Positions 50,529-62,950 are shown, counted from the stretch's first letter. The stretch: DNA of 64,000 nt from an uncultured Chloroflexia bacterium (GCA_963751345.1 CAVVUS010000014.1:96001-160000), one strand, 5' to 3'. Notes: generated by a model from the sequence alone, not told the origin. A program made the numbers and translations.

Positions 50529-51956
50529 TTACTGGGGGGCCGCTTCCTGCAGGTACTGGTCGCACGTGGTGACCGTATCGCCCAGCGTGGGCTCGACGGG
50601 GGTGCCACTCAGGACGGAGGTCAGCATGTCGTCGATCGCGGCGCGGCACTCATCGTAGCCCGCTACGGGCGACTCAATGCCGTAGTCCATGAACATGAAC
50701 CCAAACGCCTTTTCGTACGTCGGATTCTGCGCAAAGTAATCCTTCAGCAAGTCCGCTGCGGAGGCCCGTGTTGGGAAGTAGCCCGTGCTGCTCGCCCACA
50801 ACGCCTGCGGTTCCGGCTCGCTCAGGTACTTGATGAACAACCACGCAGCCAGCTGCTGCTCAGGTGTGCTCACGTAGATCGACTGGCTTGCGCCATAGAT
50901 GTTCATCCGCGGATCAGCGGTGGTGTGCGGCGGCGGGTTCACGCTCCACTGGAACCCTGCACCGGCATCCACTGCGGTCCCGTAGTACGCCAGCCCGGAG
51001 ATCGAGCCGACGGTGAACAGAGAGTACCCGTTGCCGAAGTCCGTCTGATCGCCATAGGCTTCAGTCGCCTGCTTCGCACAACCCTTGTCCACGAGATTCT
51101 GCCAGTAGGTCAGCGTATCGACGCCTGGCTGCTCACCGAACACGTACTTCGTCCCGTCCTCACCGATAATGTTCCCACCCCGGCTGAAGACGAACGTCGC
51201 AAACCGCGAGGCATCCACCGAGTAAACGTAGCCCATCGGCTCGCCATCACCGGTCGCGCCGGAGAACGGCTTCGCAGATGCTGCGCATGCCATCTGCTCG
51301 AACTCATCCCACGTCGTGGGCGGTCCGTCGAAACCGAGCTCCGTCAGCCAGTCCTGGTTGTAGTACATCACTTCCATCGACTTGTAGGGCGGCCAACCAT
51401 AGCGCGCGCTGAACTGCGGCAGATAGTCCGCGCCCAGCGCGATCGGGAAGAAGTCATCCAGCTCAGACTGGCTGTAGCCCCACTTGGCGCTGTCGATATA
51501 GGGATCCAACGACACCAGCACACCCTGCGTCGCATACGTCGCGGCCTGGTTCTGGTAAGCTACCGACATAGAGGGCAACTGATTCGCCGGAATGCCTGCG
51601 ATGATCTTCTGGTACAGGTCATCGTATCCACCCTGGCTCTCGCCGGAGACCGTGATCCCCCACTCGTTCGTGCGGTTGAACTCATCGATCATCGACAGCA
51701 TCAGCTCTTCACGGGATCCCGTGTGCTGATACCAGTAGGTCACTTCCTGACCGCTCGGATCGACGTTCTCCAGATCGCCGTAGATCGCCGGATCGTACGA
51801 AGCTGACGCGGCGGGTGCCTGCGTCGCCTCCGGGGCCATCGTTGCTTCCATCGCTGGCGTTGGGGTTGGTGCCGTTGTCGCGGTGCCACAGCCCGCTGCA
51901 ATCAGCACCACCAGCGTAAGACCTGACAGTAGCGCAAGTAGCTTGCGTTCCTTCAT
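50529..51956 (-). CDS. Carbohydrate ABC transporter substrate-binding lipoprotein (UgpB-like)
   Basis: Lipobox AAGC, Thr/Pro/Ala linker, MYYNQD, PPTTWDE, AAWLFIKYL, TGYFP. Confidence 0.92.
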   Translation of the reverse strand: MKERKLLALLSGLTLVVLIAAGCGTATTAPTPTPAMEATMAPEATQAPAASASYDPAIYGDLENVDPSGQEVTYWYQHTGSREELMLSMIDEFNRTNEWGITVSGESQGGYDDLYQKIIAGIPANQLPSMSVAYQNQAATYATQGVLVSLDPYIDSAKWGYSQSELDDFFPIALGADYLPQFSARYGWPPYKSMEVMYYNQDWLTELGFDGPPTTWDEFEQMACAASAKPFSGATGDGEPMGYVYSVDASRFATFVFSRGGNIIGEDGTKYVFGEQPGVDTLTYWQNLVDKGCAKQATEAYGDQTDFGNGYSLFTVGSISGLAYYGTAVDAGAGFQWSVNPPPHTTADPRMNIYGASQSIYVSTPEQQLAAWLFIKYLSEPEPQALWASSTGYFPTRASAADLLKDYFAQNPTYEKAFGFMFMDYGIESPVAGYDECRAAIDDMLTSVLSGTPVEPTLGDTVTTCDQYLQEAAPQ

Positions 51957-52079
51957 TCTGCCATCCTCCTTCTGTAAATTCGGAAATTGGGGTACATCTC
52001 CCGAGTGAACCCTTCACAACCTAGTATATCATACTGTAGCCCGGACATCACCTCCTTTCGTGTTGTCTTTCTCGTGCCA

Positions 52080-53398
52080 TCAACCCTTCAGACCCGTCGT
52101 TGAGATACCTTCTGTGAATTGGCGCTGCGTGAAGAAATAGAGGACCAGAATCGGAATCGTCGTGATCACGGAGCCGGCCATCGTGAGCTGAGTCTCGGCA
52201 GCGGCTTCCTGGATAAAGCTGGCCAATCCCACTGTGATCGGGCGCCACTTCTCCGTGCTCGTCACAATCAGAGGCCACTGAAGCTGGTTCCACGCCCAGA
52301 TCGTGTTGAAGATAACCACCGACATCAGCGGGGCCCTCGACAGAGGCACCACCACCTGCGTCAGGAAACGCAAGTGACTGGCACCGTCAATCAGCGACGC
52401 TTCATAGAGCTCATCAGGAATCTGGGCAAAGAACTGGCGCAGCAGGAAGACACTGAAAGCATTGACCATGAAGGGGATCGTCAGCGCGGTCCAGTTATTG
52501 TACCACGCATTGGCGATCCCTAAATGCTTGTTGAAGTAATCATTGAGCCCCACGATGATCAAGTAGTTGGGAATGATCGTGACCGCGCCGGGGATCATGT
52601 AGGTCGCCAGGTAGAGGGAGAAGAAGAAAGTTCTTGAGCGGGAACCACATCCGGGCAAAAGCATAGGCCGCCAACGTCCCCGTGACCACGACGCCTGCGA
52701 CGGTCAAGAGGGTGATGATGACGCTGTTGCGCATGAAGAGGCTGAAGTTCGCCTCAGTCCACGCCCTGATATAGTTGAACATCAACATGACGCCGACGTT
52801 CCACTGTTCCTTGACCACGAAGTGGTTGGGATCCGGATCCAGGACCTGGAAGTGAGGCCCCCACCGACCGCGGTCGGTGGCATAGTAGTTGGGGCCACCC
52901 ACTTGGCGTCCCCTTGATGCGGGTTGTGAACTGCTGGATGATACGAGATCCCACAGTCACGTAGAACGTATCGTAGTTCTGCGTATCATCGTTGGTGGTG
53001 TCGATGGCCAGGATAAGGACCTGAAGTGGCAGCGACTCCCCGTCTTCCACAGCCTTCTGCTGGATGAATGGCGTCACCTTGTCGACGAGCATGACCCCTT
53101 CCAAGTCAGGACTGAAGGAATGCGGCGCGTTCTGCCACGCATCCGTCGGCGTCATCTGAACGACGACCTCCTGCGCACGAGGGCGACCGACGTAAGGCGC
53201 CGGCGTCAGTCCTGCGGGCCAGGCTATCCTCGCCCCGTACTCTCCATACGTCTTGAACGACGTTTCAAGCATATAGATAAAGGGGACAATCGCGATGACT
53301 GCACCCACGGCGAGAACCAGATACAGCAACGCGCGGGAGAGCCTGCGACGCGCCAGATAGTGCCCTGTTTGGTCCTGAACGGCCGAAGTGTTAGCCAT
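52080..53398 (-). CDS. Carbohydrate ABC permease (UgpE/MalG-like) with a large extracytoplasmic insert; indels ~52630 and ~52900
   Basis: [30 protein letters not shown] (EAA loop), QRQFTEGI spread over three frames. Confidence 0.88.
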
Positions 53399-54590
53399 AG
53401 AAGACTCTCCCCTCGGACGCACGATTCTGAATCCACGTGAGAGCTAACATCACCCCGGTTAGCACAAAGGCCAGTGCCGATGCGTACCCGAAACGATTGC
53501 CTTCCCAGAAGTTCTTCCAGATCAGCATACTCGCCGTCAACGTGGTGCCGTTAGGCGCTCCTACTGGCCCAACCACCCTTGTCATGACATAGATGTGGTT
53601 GAAGGCACGAAACGTGCCTAGCACACCCATCATCACGAGGAAGTAGGTTGTCGGGGAGACCAACGGAATCGTGATCCTCCGCAACATCTGCCAGCGACTT
53701 GCGCCGTCGATCTCCGCGGCCTCGTAAAGTGCCGTGGGGATGTTCCCCAAGCCCGCCAGGTAAATCACGGCGTTGTATCCCACAAAGGTCCACACGTTGT
53801 AGACCATGACCGCGACGAGGGCCAGGCTCGGTCCACCCAGCCAGTTCGGCACGTTGACGCCCAGCAGGTCTCCGACGTAGACGCCGACGCCGGTGGCGTC
53901 GAACAGCCAACGAGGCAGATTCTTCTCAACTATTCCGAAATTCATAAGAAACTGGTTGATCATTCCCTTGGAGGGATCGAAAATCGACTGCCACACCGAA
54001 GCTGAAGCGACCGTGACGGTGACATAGGGGAGGAAGTAAATGATGCGCCAGGCCGTCTTGCCCCTGATATTCTGAAACAGAACAAATGCAAGCAGAAAGG
54101 AGAGTACAATCTGGAACGGGACTGTTCCGGCAGAGTACATGAACGTGATGGCCAACGAGCTAAACAGCATACTGTCCCCGTTCTTCAGCATCTGGGGGAA
54201 CCCCAGGAACAGCCCCATACCACCAACAATCAGCAGTCCCCCAAAGGCAAACCGAAAGATCAGTCCGCGCGTCGATGTCTCCGGCCCAATCTTTCGCCAC
54301 ACCAGCCACGACGCAGCCAGCAAGAGCAGACCACCAATCACATACAGGATGTCGATCGGCGTCCCGAGAGCCTTCAGGAAGTTCGCGAATCCGATGTAGG
54401 CCCCCTTACGGATGCGCCATTGGTGCAAGCTGATGTAGAACGCGTAACCGATCGGCAGAAGGTTAAAGGCCAGTAAGATCAGTGTTCCCGGAAGTAGAAA
54501 CGCATAGGCCTCAAGGGCCTCGCGGGTGCGCCGGAAGGAACGGCTCTCATACCAAGGGACTGACGGAACCGACTGCTCCGTTGGTGTCAT
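53391..54590 (-). CDS. Carbohydrate ABC permease (UgpA/MalF-like)
   Basis: [38 protein letters not shown]. Confidence 0.92.
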   Translation of the reverse strand: MTPTEQSVPSVPWYESRSFRRTREALEAYAFLLPGTLILLAFNLLPIGYAFYISLHQWRIRKGAYIGFANFLKALGTPIDILYVIGGLLLLAASWLVWRKIGPETSTRGLIFRFAFGGLLIVGGMGLFLGFPQMLKNGDSMLFSSLAITFMYSAGTVPFQIVLSFLLAFVLFQNIRGKTAWRIIYFLPYVTVTVASASVWQSIFDPSKGMINQFLMNFGIVEKNLPRWLFDATGVGVYVGDLLGVNVPNWLGGPSLALVAVMVYNVWTFVGYNAVIYLAGLGNIPTALYEAAEIDGASRWQMLRRITIPLVSPTTYFLVMMGVLGTFRAFNHIYVMTRVVGPVGAPNGTTLTASMLIWKNFWEGNRFGYASALAFVLTGVMLALTWIQNRASEGRVFYG

Positions 54591-54681
54591 ATTGATCTCC
54601 TGGAGGAACTGGGACTGGGCATCACCACGTGCGCCATTATCCATCGTATCATGCTCAAGACAAACCGCCGGCAGCGCCGCG

Positions 54682-56001
54682 CTATTTACACAGCGTCATC
54701 TTCCAGCCATTGTCACCGATCTCAGCCGTGTAAACCGGCCGCGCTAGCGATTCGGCAAGGAAACGGGCCGAGTGCCCATCGAGGGACTCCTGATTCGGCC
54801 CACGGAATATCTCCTCCGGTACGACGACGACGTCGCCCGGATCGCGCTCTCCCAGGGCAGCGAGGACATCCTCTACGGTCAATAGCCCGGCCACGGTGAC
54901 GGTCTCACCGAAAAAGCGGTTCACTACCGGCACCACGTCGATTATGATCGACGTCTTCTCGGAGAACGTCCGGGCATATGCCATCAGCATAGGTGCAAAG
55001 AGCACACCGGTAACCCACGTCTGCCGGCGTCCAAGCCCGGACAAAGCCACATCGAGACTCTGGCGTTCGTCGAGAAAACGCCGAGCCATGCCCACACCAT
55101 TCTCAATCATCGCCGGAAGCAGCCCGTCATATGCTGCCTCCTCAGGCACTCGGGCACCGGCGCGCAGAAACCACTCGTCAGACGGATAGACAAAGCCGAC
55201 ACCCAACTCTGCTCGGAGCTTGACCTGCCATTCCAGTACAGAAGCCAAGACCCCGCCAACCTCCTCATCACGGTAGGGGCGAAGGTCGGGATCGTGCCAG
55301 CGCGTCAGCCCCACCGGCACCACGGATAGATCCCGAACCGCAGGGTAGAGCGCCGCCAGGTCGGCAATCGTCCGGTCCAGATGCTCACCATCATTGCGCC
55401 CCGGCACTAACACCGCCTGCGTGTGCAATTCGATCCCCATCTCGGCAAGGCGGTGAAGCTGGGCCAGGATCTCCGCGGCCTTCGGATTCCGCATCAGATC
55501 CACGCGGACCGCGGGTTCCGTCGCGTGCACGGACACGTAAAGAGGGCTCAAGTACTGCTCCTCAATGCGCTCCCAATCATCCGGATCGAGGTTGGTGAGG
55601 GTGATATAGTTGCCGTGGAGAAAAGAGAGGCGGTAGTCGTCGTCCTTGATATACAGCGACCCACGGAGATCCGGTGCCATCTGGGAAACGAAACAGAACT
55701 CACAGCGATTGCGGCAGACTCTGGGCTGCCCGTTAAAGATATCCTTGGCAAACTCAAGTCCAAACGGCTCGCCGTAACGGCGACGGACGTGACACTCTCG
55801 GCGCCGGCCCTCCTGCTCGTAGAGCAGGGTCAGATCGGGTTCGCCCGCATAGACCCTCACATCGATGGCGTCGCGCAGGGCCATGCCATTGATCGCCAGC
55901 AAGTAATCGCCGGGTCTCAGCCCGCAACGCTCACCGGCGCTCTTGCGGACAACCGCTGTAACCATGGCGGGAAGAACTCTGTCATTCTCGGCAGGGGTCA
56001 A
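54682..56001 (-). CDS. DUF512 / PDZ-containing radical-SAM-like Fe-S protein
   Basis: [46 protein letters not shown]. Confidence 0.88.
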   Translation of the reverse strand: MTPAENDRVLPAMVTAVVRKSAGERCGLRPGDYLLAINGMALRDAIDVRVYAGEPDLTLLYEQEGRRRECHVRRRYGEPFGLEFAKDIFNGQPRVCRNRCEFCFVSQMAPDLRGSLYIKDDDYRLSFLHGNYITLTNLDPDDWERIEEQYLSPLYVSVHATEPAVRVDLMRNPKAAEILAQLHRLAEMGIELHTQAVLVPGRNDGEHLDRTIADLAALYPAVRDLSVVPVGLTRWHDPDLRPYRDEEVGGVLASVLEWQVKLRAELGVGFVYPSDEWFLRAGARVPEEAAYDGLLPAMIENGVGMARRFLDERQSLDVALSGLGRRQTWVTGVLFAPMLMAYARTFSEKTSIIIDVVPVVNRFFGETVTVAGLLTVEDVLAALGERDPGDVVVVPEEIFRGPNQESLDGHSARFLAESLARPVYTAEIGDNGWKMTLCK

Positions 56002-56128
56002 CCATCAATATGGCAACGATAACATTTATCAAACACCGGTCTAGCTTTTTACTATTATACCCTAACTCGACCGGCCACCTGTTAACAAGGGGTTAACAAC
56101 AACCAGAGCCAGGACATCTCGATGAAGC

Positions 56129-57688
56129 CTACTCCCACTCGATGGTCGCGGGTGGTTTGCTGCTCACGTCATAGACGACGCGGTTCACCCCGGGGACCTC
56201 GTTCACAATCCGGTTCGCCACCCGACCCAGAAGATCGTAGGGGAGCTTAGCCCAATCGGCGGTCATAAAATCCTCGGTAGTCACGGCGCGCAAGGCCACC
56301 ACGTTCGCATAGGTCCGCCCATCCCCCATCACGCCCACACTGCGCACAGGCAGGAGCACGGCAAAGGCCTGGGACGTCTCGCGGTAGAGCCCGGCAGCCC
56401 ACAGCGCCTCCAGGAATATCGCATCTGCTGCCTGAAGCCTGGCCACCCGATCGGGCGTGATCTCGCCGAGGATCCGCACTGCGAGCCCCGGCCCCGGAAA
56501 GGGATGGCGCCAGACGAGCTTTTCCGGCAATCCCAGCAGGAGTCCCACCTGACGCACTTCATCTTTGAAGAGATCGCGCAGCGGTTCCACAAGCTCGAGA
56601 TCCATATCGTCCGGCAAGCCGCCGACGTTGTGGTGAGATTTAATGCGATCGGCAGACGCACTGCCGGCGCTCTCGATCACATCCGGATAGATCGTGCCCT
56701 GGGCCAGGAACCTGGCATGATTCAAGCGCCGGGCCTCAGCCTCAAAGACCCGGATGAACTGCTCGCCGATGATCCGCCGCTTGGCCTCCGGATCGGTCAC
56801 CCCTGCCAGTGCGGACAGAAAACGCGCCGAGGCATCAACCCGCACAAGGCGCATCCCCAGCGCTTCGTGAAAGGTAGTCTCGACCTGCTGCGACTCATCA
56901 CGACGCAGGAGGCCCGTATCGACGAAAATCGAGGTAAGTTGATCTCCCACCGCCCTATGGATAAGGGCCGCCACAACGGCGCTATCCACGCCCCCGCTGA
57001 GCCCCAGGACCACGCCCCCGTCGCCGACCTGCGCTTGGATACGCGCGACCGCCTGCTCAATGAACGCACCTGGCGTCCACAGCCCGTGACATCCGCAGAT
57101 GTCAAAGAGAAAATGGCGCAGAATTTCAGGCCCTTGAGGGGTATGATGGACCTCGGGATGAAACTGGGTCCCGTAAATGTGGCGCTGCTCATCTCCAATC
57201 GCGGCCACGATCCCATTCTCACTGCGCGCCAGCACCTCGAAGCCGAGAGGCAAAGTCTGGACGCGGTCGCCATGACTCATCCAAACAGACAGCGGGCCGG
57301 TAAGGTCGTTAAACAGGGCGCTCCCTCCCTGCGTGACCTGCACGCTTGCCGGACCGTACTCGCGCGCGGTCCCGGGCACGACCTTTCCCCCCAGACGCTG
57401 AGTCAGCACCTGCATTCCATAGCAGATGCCAAGAACGGCCACACGCGCATCGAGCAGATAGGCAGGCAGTGTGGGTGCGCCTTCGTCATAGACGCTGTTG
57501 GGACCGCCGGAGAGGATGAAGCCAACCGGCTCAAGGGACGCAACGCGCGCCGGATCGGCATCCCACGGGAGAATCTCAGCATAGACGTGCTGCTCGCGCA
57601 CACGCCGAGCAATGAGCTGAGTGTACTGAGAGCCGTAATCGAGAATTACAATTGTCTCAGATTGTGGCCCCATCCCTGGCTCACTCAC
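56129..57688 (-). CDS. guaA: GMP synthase (glutamine-hydrolysing)
   Basis: [50 protein letters not shown]. Confidence 0.98.
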   Translation of the reverse strand: MSEPGMGPQSETIVILDYGSQYTQLIARRVREQHVYAEILPWDADPARVASLEPVGFILSGGPNSVYDEGAPTLPAYLLDARVAVLGICYGMQVLTQRLGGKVVPGTAREYGPASVQVTQGGSALFNDLTGPLSVWMSHGDRVQTLPLGFEVLARSENGIVAAIGDEQRHIYGTQFHPEVHHTPQGPEILRHFLFDICGCHGLWTPGAFIEQAVARIQAQVGDGGVVLGLSGGVDSAVVAALIHRAVGDQLTSIFVDTGLLRRDESQQVETTFHEALGMRLVRVDASARFLSALAGVTDPEAKRRIIGEQFIRVFEAEARRLNHARFLAQGTIYPDVIESAGSASADRIKSHHNVGGLPDDMDLELVEPLRDLFKDEVRQVGLLLGLPEKLVWRHPFPGPGLAVRILGEITPDRVARLQAADAIFLEALWAAGLYRETSQAFAVLLPVRSVGVMGDGRTYANVVALRAVTTEDFMTADWAKLPYDLLGRVANRIVNEVPGVNRVVYDVSSKPPATIEWE

Positions 57689-58268
57689 CGAAGATGATAG
57701 TACCGTCGCTGCGCATCTCGTCGATGATCACCAGCGACACAACGGGGACGTCAAGATCCTGGAGGACGGCACGCCCACCCTCGAATGATTTCTCGACCAG
57801 GGTGCCGATGCCGACAACCTTGGCGTCTGCGCTTTGCACGATACGTGCCATCGCAGCGATAGTCTGTCCGGTCGCCAGGAAGTCATCGATGATGAGCACA
57901 CGATCTCCGGGGTGAAGGAACTCGGGGGAAACCATCAGTGACACCTCGCCACCCTTGGTATGGGAAGGGGCGAACTCGACGAAGACGGGATCGGCCATTG
58001 TCACCGGCTTGTGCTTCCGCGCGTAGACCAGGGGTAGGCCCATCGCATAAGCCGTGGCCATTGCCGGGATAATGCCCGAAACCTCCGCCGTCAGGACACG
58101 TGTTGGGTTCTGGTTTCCGAACTGACGGGCGAACTCCGCCCCGGCCTCCAACATCAAGGTAGCATCTACCTGGTGGTTAATGACACTGTCGATCTTGAGG
58201 ATCCCTTGGCCGAGGTTTCTGCCCTCCTGGCGGATGCGTCGCTTCAGATTCTCCATCTCCCCAATCAT
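57681..58268 (-). CDS. xpt: Xanthine phosphoribosyltransferase
   Basis: [42 protein letters not shown]. Confidence 0.92.
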   Translation of the reverse strand: MIGEMENLKRRIRQEGRNLGQGILKIDSVINHQVDATLMLEAGAEFARQFGNQNPTRVLTAEVSGIIPAMATAYAMGLPLVYARKHKPVTMADPVFVEFAPSHTKGGEVSLMVSPEFLHPGDRVLIIDDFLATGQTIAAMARIVQSADAKVVGIGTLVEKSFEGGRAVLQDLDVPVVSLVIIDEMRSDGTIIFGE

Positions 58269-58494
58269 CCTCCTCCGTGGCGTGACCCTTACCCGCCTAT
58301 GATATCACAGAACGTGGATTGGGCACGGCTTGGAACGTTCCGGCGTTGACCCGCCGCAGCACGGCGTGCAGCAACTCCGGAAGCCGTCGGCAAGCGCGAA
58401 CGGCGCGCGTCGCATTGCCAGTCGGCCGAACATGATAGCATAGTCTTCACAAAACTATGGCGGCACTGGCAGACCAGATGACAAACACTATACC

Positions 58495-59457
58495 ATAACA
58501 CACGAGACTGAGCGCCCGATCAGGCCCACCGGGACTGAGCGCCCGATCAGGCCCACCGGGACTGAGCGCCCGATCTGCAGCTACGAAGGGTCGCGGTATA
58601 GTTCTGAGTTCTGGACCCAGGCACGCACCTACGAGGATGCCGTAGAGCGCATCGCGCTCCAGGCGTTGTTGCCCCCACGGGGTGAGACGCTGATGGAGAT
58701 CGGAGCGGGCTTCGGGCGACTCGCTGAGATGTACTCGGGCTACAAAACCGTGGTGCTGCTTGACTACGCGCACACGCAGCTCTCACAGGCGGTCGAGCGA
58801 CTCGGACCGGGTGGTGCGGGAGGAGATCCGCGCTATCTCTACGTACAAGCGAACTTCTATCACCTCCCGTTTGTGGCCTCGCGATTTGACACGGTGACGA
58901 TGATCCGCACCCTTCATCATGCCACCGATGCATCTGCGGTGCTGCGAGGCGTCTCGGAGGCCCTGGCACCCAAGGGCGCTTTCGTCCTGGAATTTGCCAA
59001 CAAACGTAACGTCAAGGCCATCATCCGCTATCTCTTGCGGCGTCAGCGCTGGTCGCCGTTTGACCGAGCGCCCGTCGAGTTCGTAGATCTCAATTTCGAC
59101 TTCCACCCCAAGTGGATATGGGATCAGCTAGCACGCGCCGATCTCCGGCGAGATGCCATCCGCACCGTCTCCCACTACCGGATTGGAGCGTTGAAGCGGT
59201 GGGTGCCTCACCGGATCCTGGTGGCCCTGGATGCAATGGCACAGCCGACCGGACCGTTGTGGCAGCTCAGTCCCAGCGTCTTCGTTCGGGCGATCGCGGA
59301 CGCGACGAAGTCGCCGGCGGCACCGGACGCTTTCTTCAAGTGCCCGGCCTGCGGCGCATCCCTCGGTGCGCCACCCCAGGCCACCTTCAACTGCCAGTGC
59401 GGAAGGACCTGGCAGAAGAAGGGGGAGATCTACGACTTCCGTTATCCTGCCGAGTAG
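58495..59457 (+). CDS. Class I SAM-dependent methyltransferase with C-terminal Zn-ribbon; true start unresolved
   Basis: Frame is open upstream of 58666 (PICSYEGSRYSSEFW...); EIGAGFGR, LLDY, CPAC...CQC. Confidence 0.85.
   Translation: MTHETERPIRPTGTERPIRPTGTERPICSYEGSRYSSEFWTQARTYEDAVERIALQALLPPRGETLMEIGAGFGRLAEMYSGYKTVVLLDYAHTQLSQAVERLGPGGAGGDPRYLYVQANFYHLPFVASRFDTVTMIRTLHHATDASAVLRGVSEALAPKGAFVLEFANKRNVKAIIRYLLRRQRWSPFDRAPVEFVDLNFDFHPKWIWDQLARADLRRDAIRTVSHYRIGALKRWVPHRILVALDAMAQPTGPLWQLSPSVFVRAIADATKSPAAPDAFFKCPACGASLGAPPQATFNCQCGRTWQKKGEIYDFRYPAE
58506..58575 (+). repeat. 27-bp tandem repeat, 2.6 copies
   Basis: GACTGAGCGCCCGATCAGGCCCACCGG twice plus a 16-nt partial copy. Confidence 0.95.
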
Positions 59458-59528
59458 ATAGTATCGAAGCTACTTCAGGAGCAGGGTGAGACTCCCTGCT
59501 CCTTTCATTTCGGAGAGACCGAACATCC

Positions 59529-60468
59529 ATGCAAGTCGTCAGGCAATCGAAACCGGATCAGGAGCGGTGGCTGCAACTTCGCCGCGCGCTGTGGATCACC
59601 ATAGTGGGAAATGTGCGTCCTTGCCACCGGCAAGGGCATCGTCGCGTACCTGTCAGGCAGCGTTGCTCTCTACGCGGATGCCGCCAACTCCGTTTCTGAC
59701 GTCGCTTACTCGCTCCTGATGGCCCTGGGACTCTGGCTCTCACAGCGCCCCCCCGACATCAGCCACCCGCAGGGGCACAGTCGTTTTGAACCACTGGCGG
59801 GCCTCGTTGTTGCCACAGCTATGACCCTCGCGGCTTATGAAGCCGGCCAGACAGCGGTGGAGCGTTTCCTGCAAGGCGGTGCAGCGGTCGCAACCACAGG
59901 GCCGATCATAGCACTCCTATCAAGCGCTGCTATCAAGGCCGGGATGTACGTAGTCATCTCGCGAATCGCCCGGAAAGCCGGCAGCCCCACCTTGGGGGCC
60001 GCGGCAAAGGACAACCTCGCCGACGTGCTGACCTCGCTTGCGGCTTTCCTGGGCACCTTGGGATCGAGATTCATCAATCCCCTTGCGGATCCCATCGCCG
60101 GCATCGTCGTCGCCCTTTGGATCCTCAGGTCGGCGCTGAGCGTATGGAAGGAGAACCTCAAGTACCTCAGCGGAGGCGGGGCATCTTCGGAACTGCACAC
60201 CAAGATCGCCGACATGGCTCGATCCGTCCCCGGTGTCGACAAGGTCCACCAGGTGATCACCGAATATGTCGGGCCGGATCTCGTCGCCGATCTACACATC
60301 AATGTGAATGGCGACCTTCCGCTTTCCGAGGCACACGTCATCTCGGATGAGGTACAGAGGCGCGTCGAGGCCCTGGCAAGCGTGGACCGGGCCTACGTGC
60401 ATGTCGAGCCCTATGAGGCCGAGCCGCAGCCATCCGATACCCCCGGATCATCGGACGCCGAGCGCTAA
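59529..60468 (+). CDS. Cation diffusion facilitator (FieF-like); frameshift ~59615
   Basis: SVALYADAANSVSD, HPQGHSRFE, DNLAD, ADP, EAHVIS, VHVEP. Confidence 0.9.
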
Positions 60469-60523
60469 GCGCGCGCCGCTACGCCTTCCGATAGAGGCCA
60501 ACTGCGCTATAATGCTCCCGGCT

Positions 60524-61366
60524 ATGGCGTACGAAATCGAAGACCGCGTGCAAGTCAGACCCGCCCCCTTAGAGGCCGGATGGATGGCGCTCCCCTTTTT
60601 TGCAGCTCTGGGTGGCGCTTGGGCCTTCTCCCGTCCCCAGTTCGCGGAGGTATCCGTGAACCTCGCCATCGCGCTAGCCCTCGTCGTTGGTGGGTGGCAG
60701 CAGTTCTGGCGAGCGCTGACACACACGGATTGGGCCGCCCCGCTCCAGCAATGGCGAGGCTGGACCAAGGCTGCGGCGCTGCCTGCCTGGCCCTACATTC
60801 AGCCGGGGACACCCGGGGATGCCCTACATCACAGACTCTCGCAGATGCGCGCCTGGTGGCAGGATGTCGGGAAAGCAACGTTGTCCGCACCACTCCAGCG
60901 CGCAGTACTGGCAATTCTGATCAGCCTCCTGCTGGGCGTGGCAGTGGGTCGGCTGGCCCTGCTCCTCAGTCTGTGTTTCGTGACCCTCACCGAACTCGCC
61001 GTGTTGTGGCACGAAGGCGACGGGGAGGTTGGCACATTGTGGACGGGGAGCACGTTGGTGGGGTTGCCCTGGATCCTCGGCGGCACACTGGCCAACGCCG
61101 ATCTGTGGCAGCCGGCTGTCTCCGGGCTTGCGTTGGCCCTGACCGTTGGGCTCTTCGCCAAGCGTTCCTGGTGGTCGCTCGCCGGACCTATAGTGGGCGC
61201 CACATTCTTGATCTGGCAAGGTAGAGCTTCGGCCGCGGGTTGGCTTCTGCTCCTGGCACTGCCGGGACTCATCGTGCTGAGCCAACGCCCCAGCAAAGAG
61301 GGCTATCGCCGGTCTATCGGCCCGTGGGTTATCGCGATGGTCGCACTCGTGGCCTGGGTGCTATAA
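60524..61366 (+). CDS. Hypothetical integral membrane protein
   Basis: Many hydrophobic helices; TATAAT 10 nt upstream of the ATG; abuts the next gene. Confidence 0.7.
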   Translation: MAYEIEDRVQVRPAPLEAGWMALPFFAALGGAWAFSRPQFAEVSVNLAIALALVVGGWQQFWRALTHTDWAAPLQQWRGWTKAAALPAWPYIQPGTPGDALHHRLSQMRAWWQDVGKATLSAPLQRAVLAILISLLLGVAVGRLALLLSLCFVTLTELAVLWHEGDGEVGTLWTGSTLVGLPWILGGTLANADLWQPAVSGLALALTVGLFAKRSWWSLAGPIVGATFLIWQGRASAAGWLLLLALPGLIVLSQRPSKEGYRRSIGPWVIAMVALVAWVL

Positions 61367-61367
61367 G

Positions 61368-62211
61368 ATGGGCTGGGTGCTGGGTATCGTCGGCCTGATC
61401 CTGGTTGTGGCCCTCCTGTATTGGCAACTCATCATCGCGGAGGGGGCCTATCTGGGACGCTGGGTGGTCACGCTGCTCTACGATTGGTCGGCAAAGATTT
61501 ACGACCGCATCAAGCACTACGATACGGGCTACGAACAGTATTTCCTCGCGCGGCCGTTGACGAACGCCCTCTTCTCGTTTCCCAGCCCGGTTGTGCTGGA
61601 CGTCGCCACCGGCACCGCCCGCCTTGCCCGCACGCTGCTTCCCGAAGTGCGGGTTTCGCGGGCGCCTGATTGGTCTGGACCTCTCCCGGAAGATGCTGGA
61701 ACAAGCCGCACAAAACACGGAGCAATGGTCCGACCGCATCCTCTTCCTCTGGGACGACGCCTCCGAGCTACCCTTTCCCGACGACACCTTCGAGGTCACG
61801 ACGTGCCTGGAGGCGCTCGAATTCATGCCCAATCCCGACCAGGTGCTAGCCGAGATGGTACGCGTCCTGCGACCCGGCGGCCTCTTCCTGACCACCAATC
61901 GGATCGGGAATGATGCACGCTTGATGCCCGGACGCACCTACACCTCGGAGCGCCTGGCGGAAAAGCTCCAGGCACTGTCGTTGGAAATGGTGCAGATCCG
62001 TCCATGGCAAGTGGAATATGACCTGATCTGGGCGATCAAGCCGGGTGTCTGCGCCCCCTTGGGCGTGCGGCGTCTCGACACCTACTTGCGCTGTCCCGAA
62101 TGCGGGGCGGCAGTCACGCGCCGGCCGCATACCATCGTCTGCGAGAACGGACACGCGATGTCCATCGCGGCAGATGGCATCGTCGATATGCTGCACAGCG
62201 AGAAACAATAG
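61368..62211 (+). CDS. Membrane-anchored class I SAM methyltransferase with C-terminal Zn-ribbon; frameshift ~61643
   Basis: N-terminal TM, VLDVATGTARL, GLDLS, LPFPDDTF, VRVLRPGG, CPEC...CENGH. Confidence 0.88.
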
Positions 62212-62298
62212 TTGCCCGTTCGTGTCCGTGAGGACTGCTGCTCAGCCCCGCCGAATCTCCGGGGTTTTAACTGACAACCGACAACGGGAAACTGTCAA

Positions 62299-62877
62299 CT
62301 ATCTTCTAGGCAGTTGCGAGATTGCCTTTCGAATCTCCGCGATCACGCCCCTGGACTTGGCGCGCTTTGCCGTGACCATCGCACGATTGAGATAGGCCTT
62401 GGCTCTGGGGCGGTTGCCATGTCGCGAATAGAGAATGGCCAGGTTCCGCAGCGTCTTGGCCTCCCCCTCAAAATCCTCCAACGCGACCCTTAGCTCAAGC
62501 GCCTCGTCGTAGATGGTCGCCGCCTCTTGCCATTCTCCCATCCCGTCGTGTGCCGCGGCCAGATTGTTGAGGACCACCGCCTCGCCGGCGCGATCCTCGG
62601 CCTCCTGGTACAACTGGCGGGCATCCGTCGCGTACGTCATAGCGTCCTGCCAGTTCATCATCGCTAAGTGCACGCTGGCGATGTTATTGAGGGCTTCTGC
62701 CTTTCCGGGCAAGTCACCCTTCTCTTCCATCAGTCCGATCACCTCATTGTAAGCCTCAATCGCGGGCTCCCACTCGCCCTCCGCCAAGTGGGCCTTGGCC
62801 GCCGCATTGAGCTCCGCTGCCCGATCTTCCGGGGTCTCGGTCTCGTCCTCTGCCTGCACCTCGTCGGTGTCAACCAT
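62299..62877 (-). CDS. Tetratricopeptide repeat protein
   Basis: Repeating GD..G.A.ALNN.A 40-aa TPR units. Confidence 0.9.
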   Translation of the reverse strand: MVDTDEVQAEDETETPEDRAAELNAAAKAHLAEGEWEPAIEAYNEVIGLMEEKGDLPGKAEALNNIASVHLAMMNWQDAMTYATDARQLYQEAEDRAGEAVVLNNLAAAHDGMGEWQEAATIYDEALELRVALEDFEGEAKTLRNLAILYSRHGNRPRAKAYLNRAMVTAKRAKSRGVIAEIRKAISQLPRR

Positions 62878-62950
62878 GGAAACCTCCTAACTCACCTATT
62901 CCAAGCCCCCAACCCGTATCGTCAAATCTGTTGCCAGGCGGGGACTGCGG

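Noticed and set aside
56079-56099. TGTTAACAAGGGGTTAACA inverted repeat upstream of the DUF512 gene
   Set aside because: Short, AT-rich, single occurrence; no regulator can be assigned.
58269-58445. Expected purine riboswitch upstream of xpt-guaA
   Set aside because: The conserved purine aptamer core (UAUAA...AUAUGG...UUUCUACC...CCGUAAA) is not present on the minus strand.
58506-58575. Repeat array as a possible mini-CRISPR
   Set aside because: Units are directly adjacent with no spacers, and there are no cas genes in the window.
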